Origin: Lama glama
Lineage: Eukaryota
Length of the DNA: 64,000 bases
Reading direction: 5' to 3'
NCBI GenBank assembly: GCA_028534125.1
Contig: CM052818.1
Span: forward strand, 31,188,001 to 31,252,000
This document shows positions 11,495 through 23,479 of this stretch, one piece after another. Each line of letters opens with the position of its first letter. The first letter of the stretch is position 1. Below the pieces are notes generated by a model. It was not told the DNA's origin. It saw only the letters and a program-made list of their open reading frames with translations, and made no database searches. The position numbers and the translations under genes are program-made.

Positions 11495-11789
11495 AGCAAG
11501 CGGCAGAACAGACCCCAGAGCCCAGGTAAGACATGGAAGCTTTTGAATCATTTCCTCCTAGGAAATTCCCCTTCTCCTCCAGGAGCTGCACGGGGGACTT
11601 TCTCCCTGGGAGCAGACCCCGCCACCACTGAGACTACAGAGCCCTTGTGTGTGTGAGCCACGGCTCAGCCCCTTGTCCCTTGAGTTTCAAGACCAATGCT
11701 GCAGATTTCATCCCAGTCATGCAGACCAGTGGGCATTCATGAAAGAGTGTGTCCTGGAAGTTACAAGTGAGGGATTTAGAATTCTTTTT

Positions 11790-12513
11790 TTAAATTAATT
11801 AACTTTTATTGAGATGTAATTGACATTTAACATTGTATTCATTTTAAGCATACAACAAAATGACTTGAAATAGGTACATATTGTGAAATGATTACTGTGG
11901 TAAGTGGGGTTAACATCTATCACCTTACGTAGTTATTTTTTCTTCTTATGATAAGAACTTTTACAGGTTACTTTTAGCAACTTTCAAATATACAACACAG
12001 TACCACTAACTATATTCACCATGCTGTACATTACATCCCCAAAACTTATAACTGGAAGTTTGAACCTTTTGATCACCTTCACACATTTTGGCCAACCTCT
12101 TACCCCCAACTTGTGGCAACCACTAGTCTGATCTCTGTATCTATGAGTTTGGTTTGGGTTTTTTGTTGTTGCTATTCTTTAGATTCCACATATAAGTGAA
12201 ATCATACAGTATTTGTCCCTCTCTGACTTACTGCACTGCATAATGCCCTTCATGCATGTTGTCACTAATGACAGGACTTTCTCCTTTTTTATGGCTGAAT
12301 AATATTCTATTGTATATACATATAACCACAATTTCTTTATCCATTCATCCTTTGAGGGACACTTAGGTTGTTCTATGCCTTGGCTATTACAAATAATGCC
12401 ACAATGAACATGAGGGTGCCTATATCTTTTTGAGTTAATGTTTTTGTTTTCTTTGAATAAATACCCAGAAGTAGAATTGTTGGATCATAACAGTAGTTCT
12501 ATTATTAATTTTT
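11790..12513 (-). mobile_element. L1 LINE (L1MA-like) 3' UTR/ORF2 end, left part, interrupted by an insertion
   Basis: Antisense L1 3' sequence, e.g. ttttatggctgaataatattctattgtata, tttatccattcatcc, aaatacccagaagtagaattgttggatcata. Confidence 0.9.
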
Positions 12514-13310
12514 TTTTCAGTTCAGTGACTGTTTATTGAATAGCTCCTATATGGGAGGCTCTGTGCTAGGCTCCAGGGGCACAAAGATAAATAGAATTCA
12601 CATGATTTCTGACGTCTGTTGCTCACTACCTAGTGGGAGAGAGAGTCCTATAAACAGGAAACTATACTCTAATATACAAGAAGCAGTGACAGAGGCTTGG
12701 GTGTTATATGGACATGAAGAGAGGGTGCTTCATATGGGTTCAGCTTTGGACGTGGTGATGTGCTTGTGGGACACCCGTATGGAGATCTCCCATGGACAGA
12801 TGGATATATAGGTCTTTAGGGAAGTCAAACTCAGTCCTTACATTACAGGGTCTTGCTATGGAGTAAAAGAGACAGAAATGTAAATGTAATGAATCAGTTA
12901 CAATAGTCTAGTGAAGGCTAACACAGAGGTTCACACAAAGATGATGGTACAACTGCCTTGGCCTAGAAGATGTGATGTCTCTCTAGGAGACTGTCTGGGA
13001 GCTGAGTCTTGAATGATTCAGAGTAGTTATCACCTGTTGTGGGCTGTCGATGAGGTCATCGTAAACATGGAATACTTTGGGTGGACTCAGCGAGGCTGCA
13101 AGCCAGAAAGACATCACCAGCTGAGCAGCCAGTGAGCGCTGTGCAGGCAGCTGGTCACTGAAGGCCCTCCTCTGAGGCCAAGATGCACAGCTCAGTCTTC
13201 CTTGACACCAGTGAAAGGTAGCATGCTGTGCCCATTCAAGTGGTTGGGCGTGTCCTGCGGTCCTACGTGTTGGTTCAGTTTCTTATACAGTGCAGACACA
13301 CAGAGCCTAG
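12514..13310 (-). mobile_element. Retrotransposed polyadenylated insert (retrocopy or orphan transduction) carrying L2 fragments
   Basis: TSD tattaattttt at 12503-12513 and 13311-13321, T run to 12517, minus-strand AATAAA at 12532-12537. Removing the insert restores contiguous L1 sequence. Confidence 0.75.
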
Positions 13311-14960
13311 TATTAATTTTTCAAGGAAGTTCCGTACAATTTTCCATGGTGGCTGCACCAATTTACATTCCCACCAACAGAGTATAAGAATTCCCACATC
13401 CTCAAAATAACATTTGTTATTTGTGGAGTTTTTAATGACAGCCATTCTGATAGGTGTGAGGTGATACCTCATTGTGGCTTTGATTTGCATTTCTCTAATA
13501 ATTAACAATGTTGAGCATCTTTTCGTGTGCCTATTAGCCATCTGTATGTCTTGTTTGGAAAGATGTCCATTCAAATCTTCTATCCTTTTTTTTTCAATTG
13601 GACTGTTGTTTTTTATATTGAGTTATGTGAACTGTTTGTATAGTTTGGATATTAATCCCTTGTCGATTACACCATTTACAAACATTTTCTCTCATTTTGC
13701 ATGTTGTCTTTTAAGTTTCTTGATGATACCATTTTCAGAATATGAGTTTTTAATTTTGATGAAGTTCAACTTACCTCTTTTTTCTTTTGTCACTTACACT
13801 TTTGGTGTGGTATCTAATCATTGCCTAACCCAAGATCATGAATATTTACTCCAAAGTTTTTCTCTGAAGAGTTTTATAGTTTAGCTCTCACATTGATGTG
13901 TTTGGTCCATTTTGAGGTAGTTTTTGTGTATGGTGTGTTGTAGGAGGTCCAACTTCATTCTTTTGCCTGTGTGTATCCCATTGTCCCGGCACTGTTTATT
14001 GAAGAGACTGTTATATGCCTCATTTTATTGTCTTGGCATCCTTTCCAAAAATCAGTTTATCATAATGTAAGGATTTATGCCTGAACTTTAAATTCTGTTC
14101 CATGGATCTGTATGTCTGTCCTTATGCCAGTACTGCACTGTGTTAAATACTGTAGTTTTGTAGGAAGTTTTGAAATCAGGAAGTGTGGGTCTTCCAACTT
14201 GGTTTTCTTTTTCAAGAGTGTTTTGGTGATTCTGAGTTCTTTGCATTTACATATGAATTCTAGGATCATCTTAACAAATTCTGCAGAAAATAAAGGCAGC
14301 TGGGATTTTGATGGCAATCACATAAACCTATAGATCAGTTTAGGGAATATTGCCAATGTCACAATAGAATGTTTTCTGATCCATGAACATGAGATGTCCC
14401 TCCGTTATTTTTAGATCTTTAATTTCTTTCAACATTGTTTTGTGGTTTTTCAGTGTAGAAGTCCTGCACTTCCTTTGTTAAATTTATTCTTACACATTTT
14501 ATTCTATTTGAGGCTATTATACACAGTTTTATTTTCTGATTGTTCATTGCTCATGTATAGAAGTAAAATTGACTGTTATATCTTGAGCTTATATTCTGCC
14601 ACCTTGCTGAACTCCTTTCTTGATTCTAATAGCTTTTTAGATGATTTCTTATTTATACACACACACACACACACACATGCATATATACATACACATAATC
14701 ACGTCATCTACAAATGAAGATAGTTTTGTTTCCTTCATTCCAATCTGGATGCCTTTTGTTTGTTTTTCTTGCCTAATTGTCCTGGCTGGAACTTCTAATA
14801 CAATGCTGGGTAGAGGCTGAGAAAGCAGACAGTCTTGTGTTCTTGATCTTGGGAGAAAATACTCATATTTCACCAATAAGTATAAAGTCAGCTGTGGGGT
14901 TTTTGTAGATACCATTTGTCAGGTTGAGAAAGTTCCCCTCCACTGGTAGTTTGCTGAGTC
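13311..14960 (-). mobile_element. L1 LINE ORF2 remnant, right part, with (CA)n near 14656-14678
   Basis: Minus-strand ORFs give L1 ORF2 peptides such as [37 protein letters not shown] and [21 protein letters not shown]. Confidence 0.92.
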
Positions 14961-15149
14961 AACACGCTTTCAGTTACTTGCTTGATGTCTGTATTCCCTT
15001 GTGCACTGTCAGCCTAGGTATGTCTTATTTGTTGCTATCTCCTTAGCGTGTAGAGAAACCACTCAGTAATGATTTCCCAAATGACTGAAAGAAATTGTCC
15101 TTTCCGGTTTGTGTCTTCCTTTGTCTTGTTCTCATCCCAACTTTCGTAA

Positions 15150-15760
15150 ATATTGTCTTAAACCCACGTCTTCGTGCTGTTTTAGCTATTTCTACCTTCT
15201 ATCACATTGGGATTGGTGGGCAGCAGGTTGTTAACATTATCTTGTTACAATATCTCTGATACGTCATGGTCTGTATCCTTTTATAAAGGCTACCGTCTGA
15301 CCTGTTAATCCTCTCATCCTTTTGAAATTGGCTTTCCTGAGTCCTGGGCATATTTCAACCCTGCCCAATATCCCCTGACTTCGATACTACAAAGTCAAAG
15401 TGATTTCCTTGTAAGATTTCCATCCCTCCCAGGTTCCCTGTTGGCCAGCATTCAGTCCAAAGGGCAGTCCCTCTCCTTGCTCGTTTGGTCCTCTATGCAA
15501 GGAAGTGGTCACTGAAACAACGGAAGGCCTTGTCAGATGACCTAAGTAGACTTCTTCCAGAGACTGGGGGGTCACTGAAGCCCCTCGCCAGTCTCCTTTC
15601 ATGCTGGACCGCTCCCTGTAGACTGTGTACAAGAAGCTTCTACCTGCCCTTGGATCCGCCAGGCAAGCTGGGGTGCACTCCCATTGGGAGAACACTTCCG
15701 TTCCTCTCTCTCTCTCATCTTTCAACCCATCTGCTCTCCTCTAACTTAGTAAATTGGGAT
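15150..15760 (-). mobile_element. Ancient CR1/L3-like LINE fragment (endonuclease C-terminal region)
   Basis: Minus strand carries degenerate CR1-type motifs in the expected order: ERNGS..MGVH (cf. ERNRSDIVVGVY), ggcttcagtgaccc..tggaag (cf. GDFNYPDICWK), agggactgccctttggactgaatgctggccaacagggaa (cf. RGTALLDLILTNRE), ggactcaggaaagccaatttc (cf. LDFRKADF). Confidence 0.6.
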
Positions 15761-16639
15761 ACCAAAATGTGCAACCAGACACATCCTCTTCCCCCACCCC
15801 CAGCATATCTGTTTCTTTTGAACAGAGCATGTGCCTCCATGGTCATACAAGGGGCGTGTTTTATGTTAAAATTGTTATAAGACAGTCAAGCTCTTACTTT
15901 AAAGAATGCTAATACCCAGTGCTTTGGTATACGGTCCTTGGGCATTTGAGGCTATGTTGAGTGCACCTGATTTAGAGTCTGAAAGTTCAGTGCACGGCAA
16001 GTCTGCTGAGAGTTTATCTAGCTAATGTCATCTGCATTCACGCTGATGAACTGTCTATATGGCAGTAAAGTGCCTTGTTCTAACAAAGTCAGCATTGATA
16101 ACAGTTTCCCACCACACAGAAATAAAGCGTCTTGAGGAATGGGCCCCCTCCTCCTACTCTGCATCCAGGTGAAATATAAACAGCAGTGGCCCTGGTCCTG
16201 ATTTACCAACGGCAGTTTTCACAAGAGAGGGTCTCCTTCTCTCCTAATAAATCCATCTCTCCATCCTTCAGACTAAAGAAATTCTTTTTGACAGCTGAGA
16301 AGTCTGGATTTGCCTGGATATTTGTCTGGCTGTGAAAACTCCCCACCTCTTTGGGCAAGCACACACCTGGTGATTCCCGGGCACCCTTAAAACCCAGGGT
16401 GTCCAGCTTTCCAGAACTCGCTTTTAAAGAGAAATGCATCCAACTAGGACAATAACAGGGACACACCAAGGGCATAAACCAAGAAGGAGGAAGAGTTGGA
16501 ATTCAAGAAACAGGAGGTCCAGCACTTGATCCTTCACTAGCTAGGAAGTCAAAGGCCAAGGCTGTACATCTGAACAAGAAGCCCAGCAGGGGGCAGGATG
16601 AGTGACCTTGGGGGAGTAAGGGACCAGTAGGTTTATCTA

Positions 16640-17175
16640 CTCCCTTCATCATGGGGAAAATAGTGTTCAGGAGGATTTTGAAATTCTGCTGGAGGATTTT
16701 GGAAGAATTATTAGGATAGTGACATAAACTAAGCAGGTTTTTCAAATTAACTTCTGGAAAAACAAAGAATTCTAGAAGAGAGGAAATGTGAACCCAGAGT
16801 ATCTCTTCACTCAGCAGTGAACTGTACATACATAATTGTCATAAAACAAAGATTGAATACTGATTTAACAAAACATGAGACATAAATACGTTAGAAAATG
16901 GAGGGAGAGAAGATACAGTGGAAGTGGGTTAGGAACATCCCAGCCCCGTCTTCCATCATAAGACGTCAGTAAGCATTTAAAATTGGCAAGTCAAGGGGTA
17001 ACCAAATGAACATACTATTTAGATGTAAGGAAGAAAGCACAGAAGGAAGAATTTGGAGAGAGGAAGTTTGGATAAGAATGGGGCAGGGGACTGCTGTTTT
17101 TTCCTCATGCCTCATAATACTGTTTGAATTTCTTAATTATATACCTTGGGCTGGACTTTCATGAAAAATAAATAA
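16640..17175 (+). mobile_element. Old L1 (L1MC-like) 3' fragment
   Basis: aaatgtgaacccagagtatctcttcactcagcagtgaa...gaatactgatttaacaaaa...gggcaggggactgctgtttt. Confidence 0.55.
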
Positions 17176-17799
17176 GCAAACTAGCAAATAATCTGAGAGA
17201 TGGGAGTTTAATATACAAGAGACGAGGAGGGAGACAGAAGAAGAATCAAGACCACTTCTTTACCACGTGGGCAGGACAGTTGGTTGATTCGAGTTGTGGA
17301 AAAAAATATCTACGCAAGAATATCACTTTAATCTAGGAGACGTGCCCTTGAGAAAAACCACTCTTCCAAGGGGGCCCACAGCTCAGCTGGACCAGAGGAC
17401 AGAGTTATGGTTATTCTGGCTGCCCCTGTTCTCAGCCCTTCCAACCCACCGAGGGGGTTGAAGGAACACCTGCTCTCCAGCTTTCCTTCTACTTTGCGGC
17501 GGGCACTCAGGTGCTAAGTGAACTGTGGTTTGCACTTAGACAGGGCAGAGTAGGTGGGTAGGGTCCCTCCAGGGTATTTTGAAGAATGAGGTGGAGACAT
17601 TCCCATCCATTGAAGACACAGGTGTGATGGAGCTGGTCCAGCCTTGCCGGCAGGTGGCACATGTGCTCCTTCTGTGGTCTGGTCGTCCTGACCAGCGTCT
17701 GTGGGAATGGGGCCTGGCCTCTGTGGTCACTCAAAGGAAGGAAAAGCTTCTTTACTTGCCCTGGGCCTTCTGCATTTGAGTGTCTGTGTCTTTCTCTAG

Positions 17800-18245
17800 G
17801 ACAGACTCCCAGTGATCACTCAAGAATCTGGCTCTCATCTCGTCGGGCTGTGCTGCCCCTGTGGTTGTGATACTTGGAAGCCTGCTCTGCCTGGAACGTA
17901 GTCAAAGCTGCCTTCAAGGAGCCTGGGCTGGATCCTCAGCTGGGTCAGGCTCTCATTAGCCTGCGGTCACAGATCAGGTGATCTGAACACTTGGAGACAC
18001 CTGCCTTGGATCCCTGGAGAATGAAACAAGAGCTATTCCCTTGTGGGAAAGCTGCCTCTCAGTCCCCTCCACCAATTCAATCCATTTCTTGGAAAATCCA
18101 GAAGGAACCAGTCAGTCCACCCACAGCATGCCATGTGATATGGGGGCAGTCCGCTGGGTGTTTGCAGAACTATTCATACTCCCCAGTGTCTGAATCCTGA
18201 TTGTTTCGCAGCCAAATGGCAAAATAAAACATAGTTTCCCTAAAG
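17800..18245 (+). other. CAPN13: CAPN13 non-coding terminal exon (3' UTR); cleavage site approximate
   Basis: gtctttctctag acceptor followed by GACAGACTCCCAGTGATCACTCAAGAATCTGGCTCTCAT, similar to the recalled human CAPN13 3' UTR. Ends near AATAAA. Confidence 0.8.
18223..18228 (+). terminator. CAPN13: Polyadenylation signal of CAPN13
   Basis: AATAAA in ggcaaAATAAAacatagtttccc at the end of the terminal exon. Confidence 0.8.
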
Positions 18246-18951
18246 GTCTTCAACTCCTTTAGGACAAATAGGATTTTAGTTCTGGATGAAAACTACATGT
18301 GGGGAAGGGGAAATCCAGCCAGCAAGGTAGGCACTTCCCCACTCCTTCCTTCCTTATCCATAAAGTGGTCATCAGCTAGCTCCACAAGGTCATGGCCCAC
18401 TAGAGTTCAGAAGAGATTCCAAAGAGTGGCCAGGCCAGACCCCACTCAGGAGAACTGGCACTTGAGAACGCATCCATGGAAGCAGCTCTCCGATGAGGAA
18501 ATCCTTGTGAATGTGTGTGTCAAGAGGACAGAAAGGTAGGAACCTTCCAGAATGTGACCTTTCTGAGCAGAAGCCATCAGAAGGTGGATGGCATGGGCAG
18601 GGATGTGCCATCATGTGAACACCCATGCTCAGGACCTAGGTTAGCATTTGAAGGTGGACGCATCCCAGTACAATAAACACACACTCAGTGAGCTAACCTG
18701 CATCCCATGGGGACTGCTGCAGTGTCTGAGATCATTTCAGTAGCAGAGCAGGGTCAGACACACAGTAAAGCCTGGGCCAAGTCATTTTGCTTGGTTAACT
18801 GGGGTAGAAGGCCATGGTTATCAGCGTGGACTTTGGAGGTCAACAGAGATAATGTCAGCAGACCCAAGTCCTGGGCTGTCAGACTGCCCTCTTACGTACA
18901 GTCTTCTGCACGTACAACGCTGGTCCTGACAGGTCAACATAGACTCGGCTT

Positions 18952-19072
18952 AAGAAAGAAAGGAAGGAAAGAAAGGAAGAAAGGAAGGAAAGAAAGGAAG
19001 AAAGAAAGAAAGAAAGAGAAAGGAAGGAAGGAAGGGAGGGAGGGAGGGAGGGAGGGAGAAAGAAAAGAAAAG
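18952..19072 (+). repeat. Compound polypurine microsatellite (GAAA/GGAA/GGGA)n
   Basis: About 120 nt of pure purine tetranucleotide repeats, seen directly. Confidence 0.97.
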
Positions 19073-19479
19073 CTCAAAAGAATGAATGAGTCACTTCGGC
19101 AGGACTCAGAGATGACTTTCAGCTAAACGTCTGGGTACAAAGTCCAACACACCTGCCCACTTGTGCTCTCTTATGCCTGTGGTCTCCCTCGCCCCTTCCT
19201 CTCCCCATCCCCTGTGCTCCATTGAGGGCCCTGACCTAGAACAGAATCCACCGGGGCCTCAGATACAGGCAGCTCAGTTCAACGAGAGGTTTTCCAACCT
19301 AAAACAATGTTCAGTTCACCTATATTTTAAATCAGAAATACTGTAACTTATCCAAAACTAAACATTTAAAACTTTCAGTTTCATACAATAGCCAATTAGG
19401 AGAAGGGGTTGGGAAATAGGGATGGGGGAGGGAGCGTAGAATAGAAGGAAAGGTTAAGTGGGAGGAAGAATGGAGAGGG

Positions 19480-19950
19480 TATCATGCAGTGTCAGGCAGG
19501 AGAACAGGACCCGCTTGAGGTATTTCAAGGAGGGATTTAACACAGGGGATGAGGTGCTCTCAAAGCTGTTAGGTTGGCTGGAGGAGCACAGACCTGAGAA
19601 GATCACCCCCAGTCTCAGGTTCACCACCAGCTTGCAGAGAACCTAGAAGCTGCCGCCACTGCCCTCGCCAGACACTCTAGGGAACGGCCAGAACCATCAC
19701 AGCTGCCTGCGGCCCTAAGTGGGTGAATTACAGGACAGAACCTCCCACCTGCCCACACGTCTGCCCATCCAGCCAGGGACAGAATGACAAGGCTTCTGTC
19801 TCTTTGCTGCCTTCCAAACCTTAAGTGCTTCTCACTGGTGGGACTTGAAGTGTATCTGGAACTCTACTGGGAAGGTAGTTCTTAAGCTCCCAGCCCCTGC
19901 CAGATGGGACAGAATATAGAAGGGGGTATATAGAGTGTTGGGTGCCCACA
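19480..19950. mobile_element. Old ERVL-MaLR (MLT1-like) LTR remnant
   Basis: caggagaacaggacccgcttgaggtatttcaaggagggatttaacacagggga...ctgggaaggtagttcttaagctcccagccc resembles old MLT1 LTRs. Confidence 0.45.
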
Positions 19951-20244
19951 CAATAGTCAGCACAGAGGAAAGAGAAAAAAGGGGAGAGGGAAAGACAGAA
20001 GATGAAAATGGAGAGCTGGCGGGGGGAAGGATGGTTCAGACAGACAGCGGGCAGACAAATGAGACATGGCAGGGAGCAATCTTGACAAAATAAGACGGGA
20101 GAGACCAAGGATGTGAGAGAAGTCAGGAGACTAAAACGGAAGGAGGGAGACTTGGGTCTGTGGGTGTTGGGGGGAGGGGTGGCCATTGAGCCCACTCATT
20201 TGGGTCTGTTGCCAGGGGAAATGTTGACTTGCCCAACGCTGATC

Positions 20245-20400
20245 AGGGCTGTGGCTCTCAAACTTTATTGTGCATTAAAAACCTGGGATAACTTTTTTTA
20301 AAAACCTCAGAGATTCTGATCCAGAAAGTCTGATGCTAGACCTGGGAATCTGCTTTTTTTTTTTTTAAAGCTCTCAAGTGATGCCTGTGGTCCTTGGGTG
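20245..20400. mobile_element. MER5-like hAT element
   Basis: gtggctctcaaactttattgtgcattaaaaacctggg...cctcagagattctgat...gacctgggaatctgc. Confidence 0.65.
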
Positions 20401-21639
20401 ACATTTCAGGAATCATTGCCTTTGCAGCTCCACTGAATGGTGGAAATGCTCTGAACAACAGCAGTTGGGGTGGCTATGAAATGGCTAATGCGTTCAAGCT
20501 GAAGATCTGCTCTGGTCAGAGGCCTCCCACCATCCCACTTGCAGCCACAAGTTGCTACCTGGGATGTCTAAGGTCCCGTCCTCTTACTGCCAGCTCACTG
20601 CTCCCCTTCCTTCCAGCTCCCCAAGAACTGATGTCCTGGTTGATTTTTACCTCTAAACAAGCTAATTAAGCAATAATCCTAGAAGAATCCATCACTCTGA
20701 CAAGGTTGTTGATTAACCATCCCTTAGCCAAGCCAAAAGTGCTTAACATCCCAGCGGAGTGGTCCATAATGAGTACACCAGCGACACTGGGCTACAGCAG
20801 AGCAGGTGATGTCTGAATCTGAGCAGATAGATGCGGAATGGGCAGTCTGGCCGACTTTTCAGCCTGATGGAGGACAGTAGAGAGGAGGATGGACAGGCTG
20901 GAGGCTGTACTGGCTGGGGCATCCCTCTAGACCATCCTCTCTGAGACCGCCAGAAGTCCCCAGAGGACTTCTAAGGTTATGCACAAGTCTGGACCACGGG
21001 AGAAGGGCCATGTGAAAGGGGCTGGATACAGAGACATAATTCTCCAACTTTACAGCTGTTGTCAGCTCCATAGCTGCCGGAGTCAGAAGAGATAGGCAAA
21101 ACGAAAAAATGACTGCCTTCCAGAGATCAGTTTCAAGTTCAGACTGATATATCTTCTTTTTTCCGCACTTAGACTCCTTTTAAACACTCTTCTGTTCCCT
21201 TAAAAGATTGACTTTTTTCAGTGCTCGGAAAATAGTCTCTCTGACCAAGCAGGATGTGGTGAAACACTGCCCCCTGATGGTCACAGTTGTTGCAGCTTCG
21301 AAGCATCCACCTTCCAATTTGTCCAAGCTGCCTTTTCAGCGGAATCGCCCTATCATCTGTCTGACTCTGTCTTCATCTGAATTCTCATCTCATTCCTGCC
21401 CCTTTTTTTGCATAAATAATAGATGATATTGGTAAATACTCTTGAGCCAGGGGAAGGAAACTGACCCCCAGCTGTGTCACCCTCATAGTGTCACTGTCAT
21501 CTTACGTCTTTAAGAGTTTCCAGTTCTGTTCAGGCACAAAGGAAAGAAAATAGCATAGAGTAAGTGTTCAATAGTGTGAAGGGAATGAGTGAATGAGCAT
21601 GCGTAGTGTAAAGACGGGGAGTGTGGGGAGTGGACAGGG

Positions 21640-21790
21640 CACCAGGCAAGGACTCTGGAGTCTCAGGTTCAAATCCCAGTTCTGCCTCCATACGGCTCTG
21701 TGTGCTTTGAGGAATGGCCTTCTCTTTCCAGGATACCTTCTTCTCTGAAATGAAGGGGCAGAACTTGGAGATCTCTAAGGTCCCTTCCAC
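21640..21790 (+). mobile_element. MIR SINE
   Basis: ggactctggagtctcaggttcaaatcccagttctgcc...tctctaaggtcccttccacagc. Confidence 0.65.
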
Positions 21791-22017
21791 AGCACACACT
21801 TGGGGAGGCAGGTCCTGAGGCTTATAAGCCAAATCATCATTAAGAGGCAGCAATTAGGCAGGAAAAAAAGATCCCCTAGCCATGCAGCAGCACCAGCTCT
21901 TACTGAGACCTACTCTCTGGGAAATTAAAGAGTGCTCCTCTCCCTCAGCCTGGGAGCTGCTGCTCCTTTTATGATGTTTTCAGTGATGGAAGTTCAGAAG
22001 CCTCTTCACTGTACGTT

Positions 22018-22190
22018 ACAGCATTAGGAATACAGTCAATAATATTGTAATAACTTTGTATGGGAACACATGGTTACTAGACTTACTGTGTGATCATTTC
22101 ATACTATATGCAAATGTCAAATCATTTTCCAGTACACCTGCAAATAGTGTAATATTGCATGTCAACTATATTTCAATTTTAAAAAATAGA
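22018..22190 (+). mobile_element. L1 3' end fragment
   Basis: gaatacagtcaataatattgtaataactttgtatgg...gtcaactatatttcaattttaaaaaat with A-rich tail. Confidence 0.75.
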
Positions 22191-23479
22191 AATTATACTG
22201 TATGCATGGAATGAAAAAACAATGCCCCTTCACACATCTGGGGTTGATCATTAGCTTTGACATTGCCCTGGAAAGGTGGAATCAGGCCACAGTGCAGCCA
22301 CCGATGGTGGTGAGACAGTGCCACCCCGTGGCCACCTCAGCTAATCACAGCCCAGCCCTGCTTCTCAGCCCTTGCCAAAGCCCCATCCTCCCCAAGGCTA
22401 GAAGGGCAGCATTAATTCTCAGTTCGAGTAACTGTTGTCATCTCAACCTTCCACTCTCGCTTTCTGATCCTACTCCATTTCTTCAAATGGGGGTTTGGCC
22501 CTTAAGTCCTTCCCTGCTAACTGCCTTATTCTCTGAGACTACTGTGACTTATGGCATGTAGTCAGGGATGCTAGGTCCATGCAGTGGACAGGATATCCCT
22601 ACTTGGAAGACGTTCACCACTGAGAGCCTGACCCCCACCCACGTGGTCATGTACAGTCCTGCCACACACCCACTTCCACTCAGCCTTCAATAGAACCATA
22701 CAGCCAGGCCACTGATGGTCCACGCCGAGGCCCACCTCCCTGCCGGCTGCTGGCTGCCGGCTGCCGGTGCCAGCGCTGAGGTGGGACAGAGTAACACAGC
22801 CAGCCAGAAGGGAGCCTCGTTGAGCCAGCTTTCTGTTAGGGGTGGGTGGGCTTCACCTGTGCTTGCCGATTTGGGGTACCAGAATCTTGCCCTGTCAGTG
22901 GGATCCTTAGGGTTTATATATCCCTAAGGAACAATGTGGTAGGTTCTTTTTAACAACTTTCCTCCCTTTACTGATACCCCATGAGCCACAAGGAGTGGAA
23001 AGAGGGTTGTGCCCTGAAACTTCTGACCCCCCCTCAGGGCACTCACGGTGTTTTGGCCCAGCTGAGGACGCAGGAGCTGAGCTTTCCGGTCTTTCTGGAG
23101 TCCGACATCATTTCCTGTCCTAGAAGAACTGGGTTCCTGCCTCTTGAATCACGTCCCTTATACCTCATTTTTGGTTATTTGTTAGTCTTTCTCAAAGTAT
23201 AATCTTTGGGTTCTGCATGACTTCCACAGAGGACCATGGTGCTTTCCAGTATGGCTCTGTTCATGTCACCATCACTCCCTATGGCTTCCCTAAGACATAT
23301 ACAAGGATAACTCTCTGGAATCCCTTGAAGAAGGAAGTCACTGATTCAGATTGGGGATGTGATTTCTAGAGTCGCCACAGCTTCTGATGGCGCATGATTT
23401 CCCCCTTGCTATTAAATAGTAGGTGTAAAAATACTTTGTTGGAGCTGGAGAGCAGGTGAACTATCATTTAAAAACACCT

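Noticed and set aside
13275..14915. L1 ORF2-like peptides as an active retrotransposon
   Set aside because: Fragmented by stops and frameshifts and 5'-truncated.
18707..19126. 139-aa ORF with a K/E/R-rich tail
   Set aside because: The tail is the translation of the purine microsatellite.
22741..22774. Short tandem (TGCCGGC)-like repeat
   Set aside because: Only 4-5 imperfect units with no spacers or context; not a CRISPR-like or functional array.
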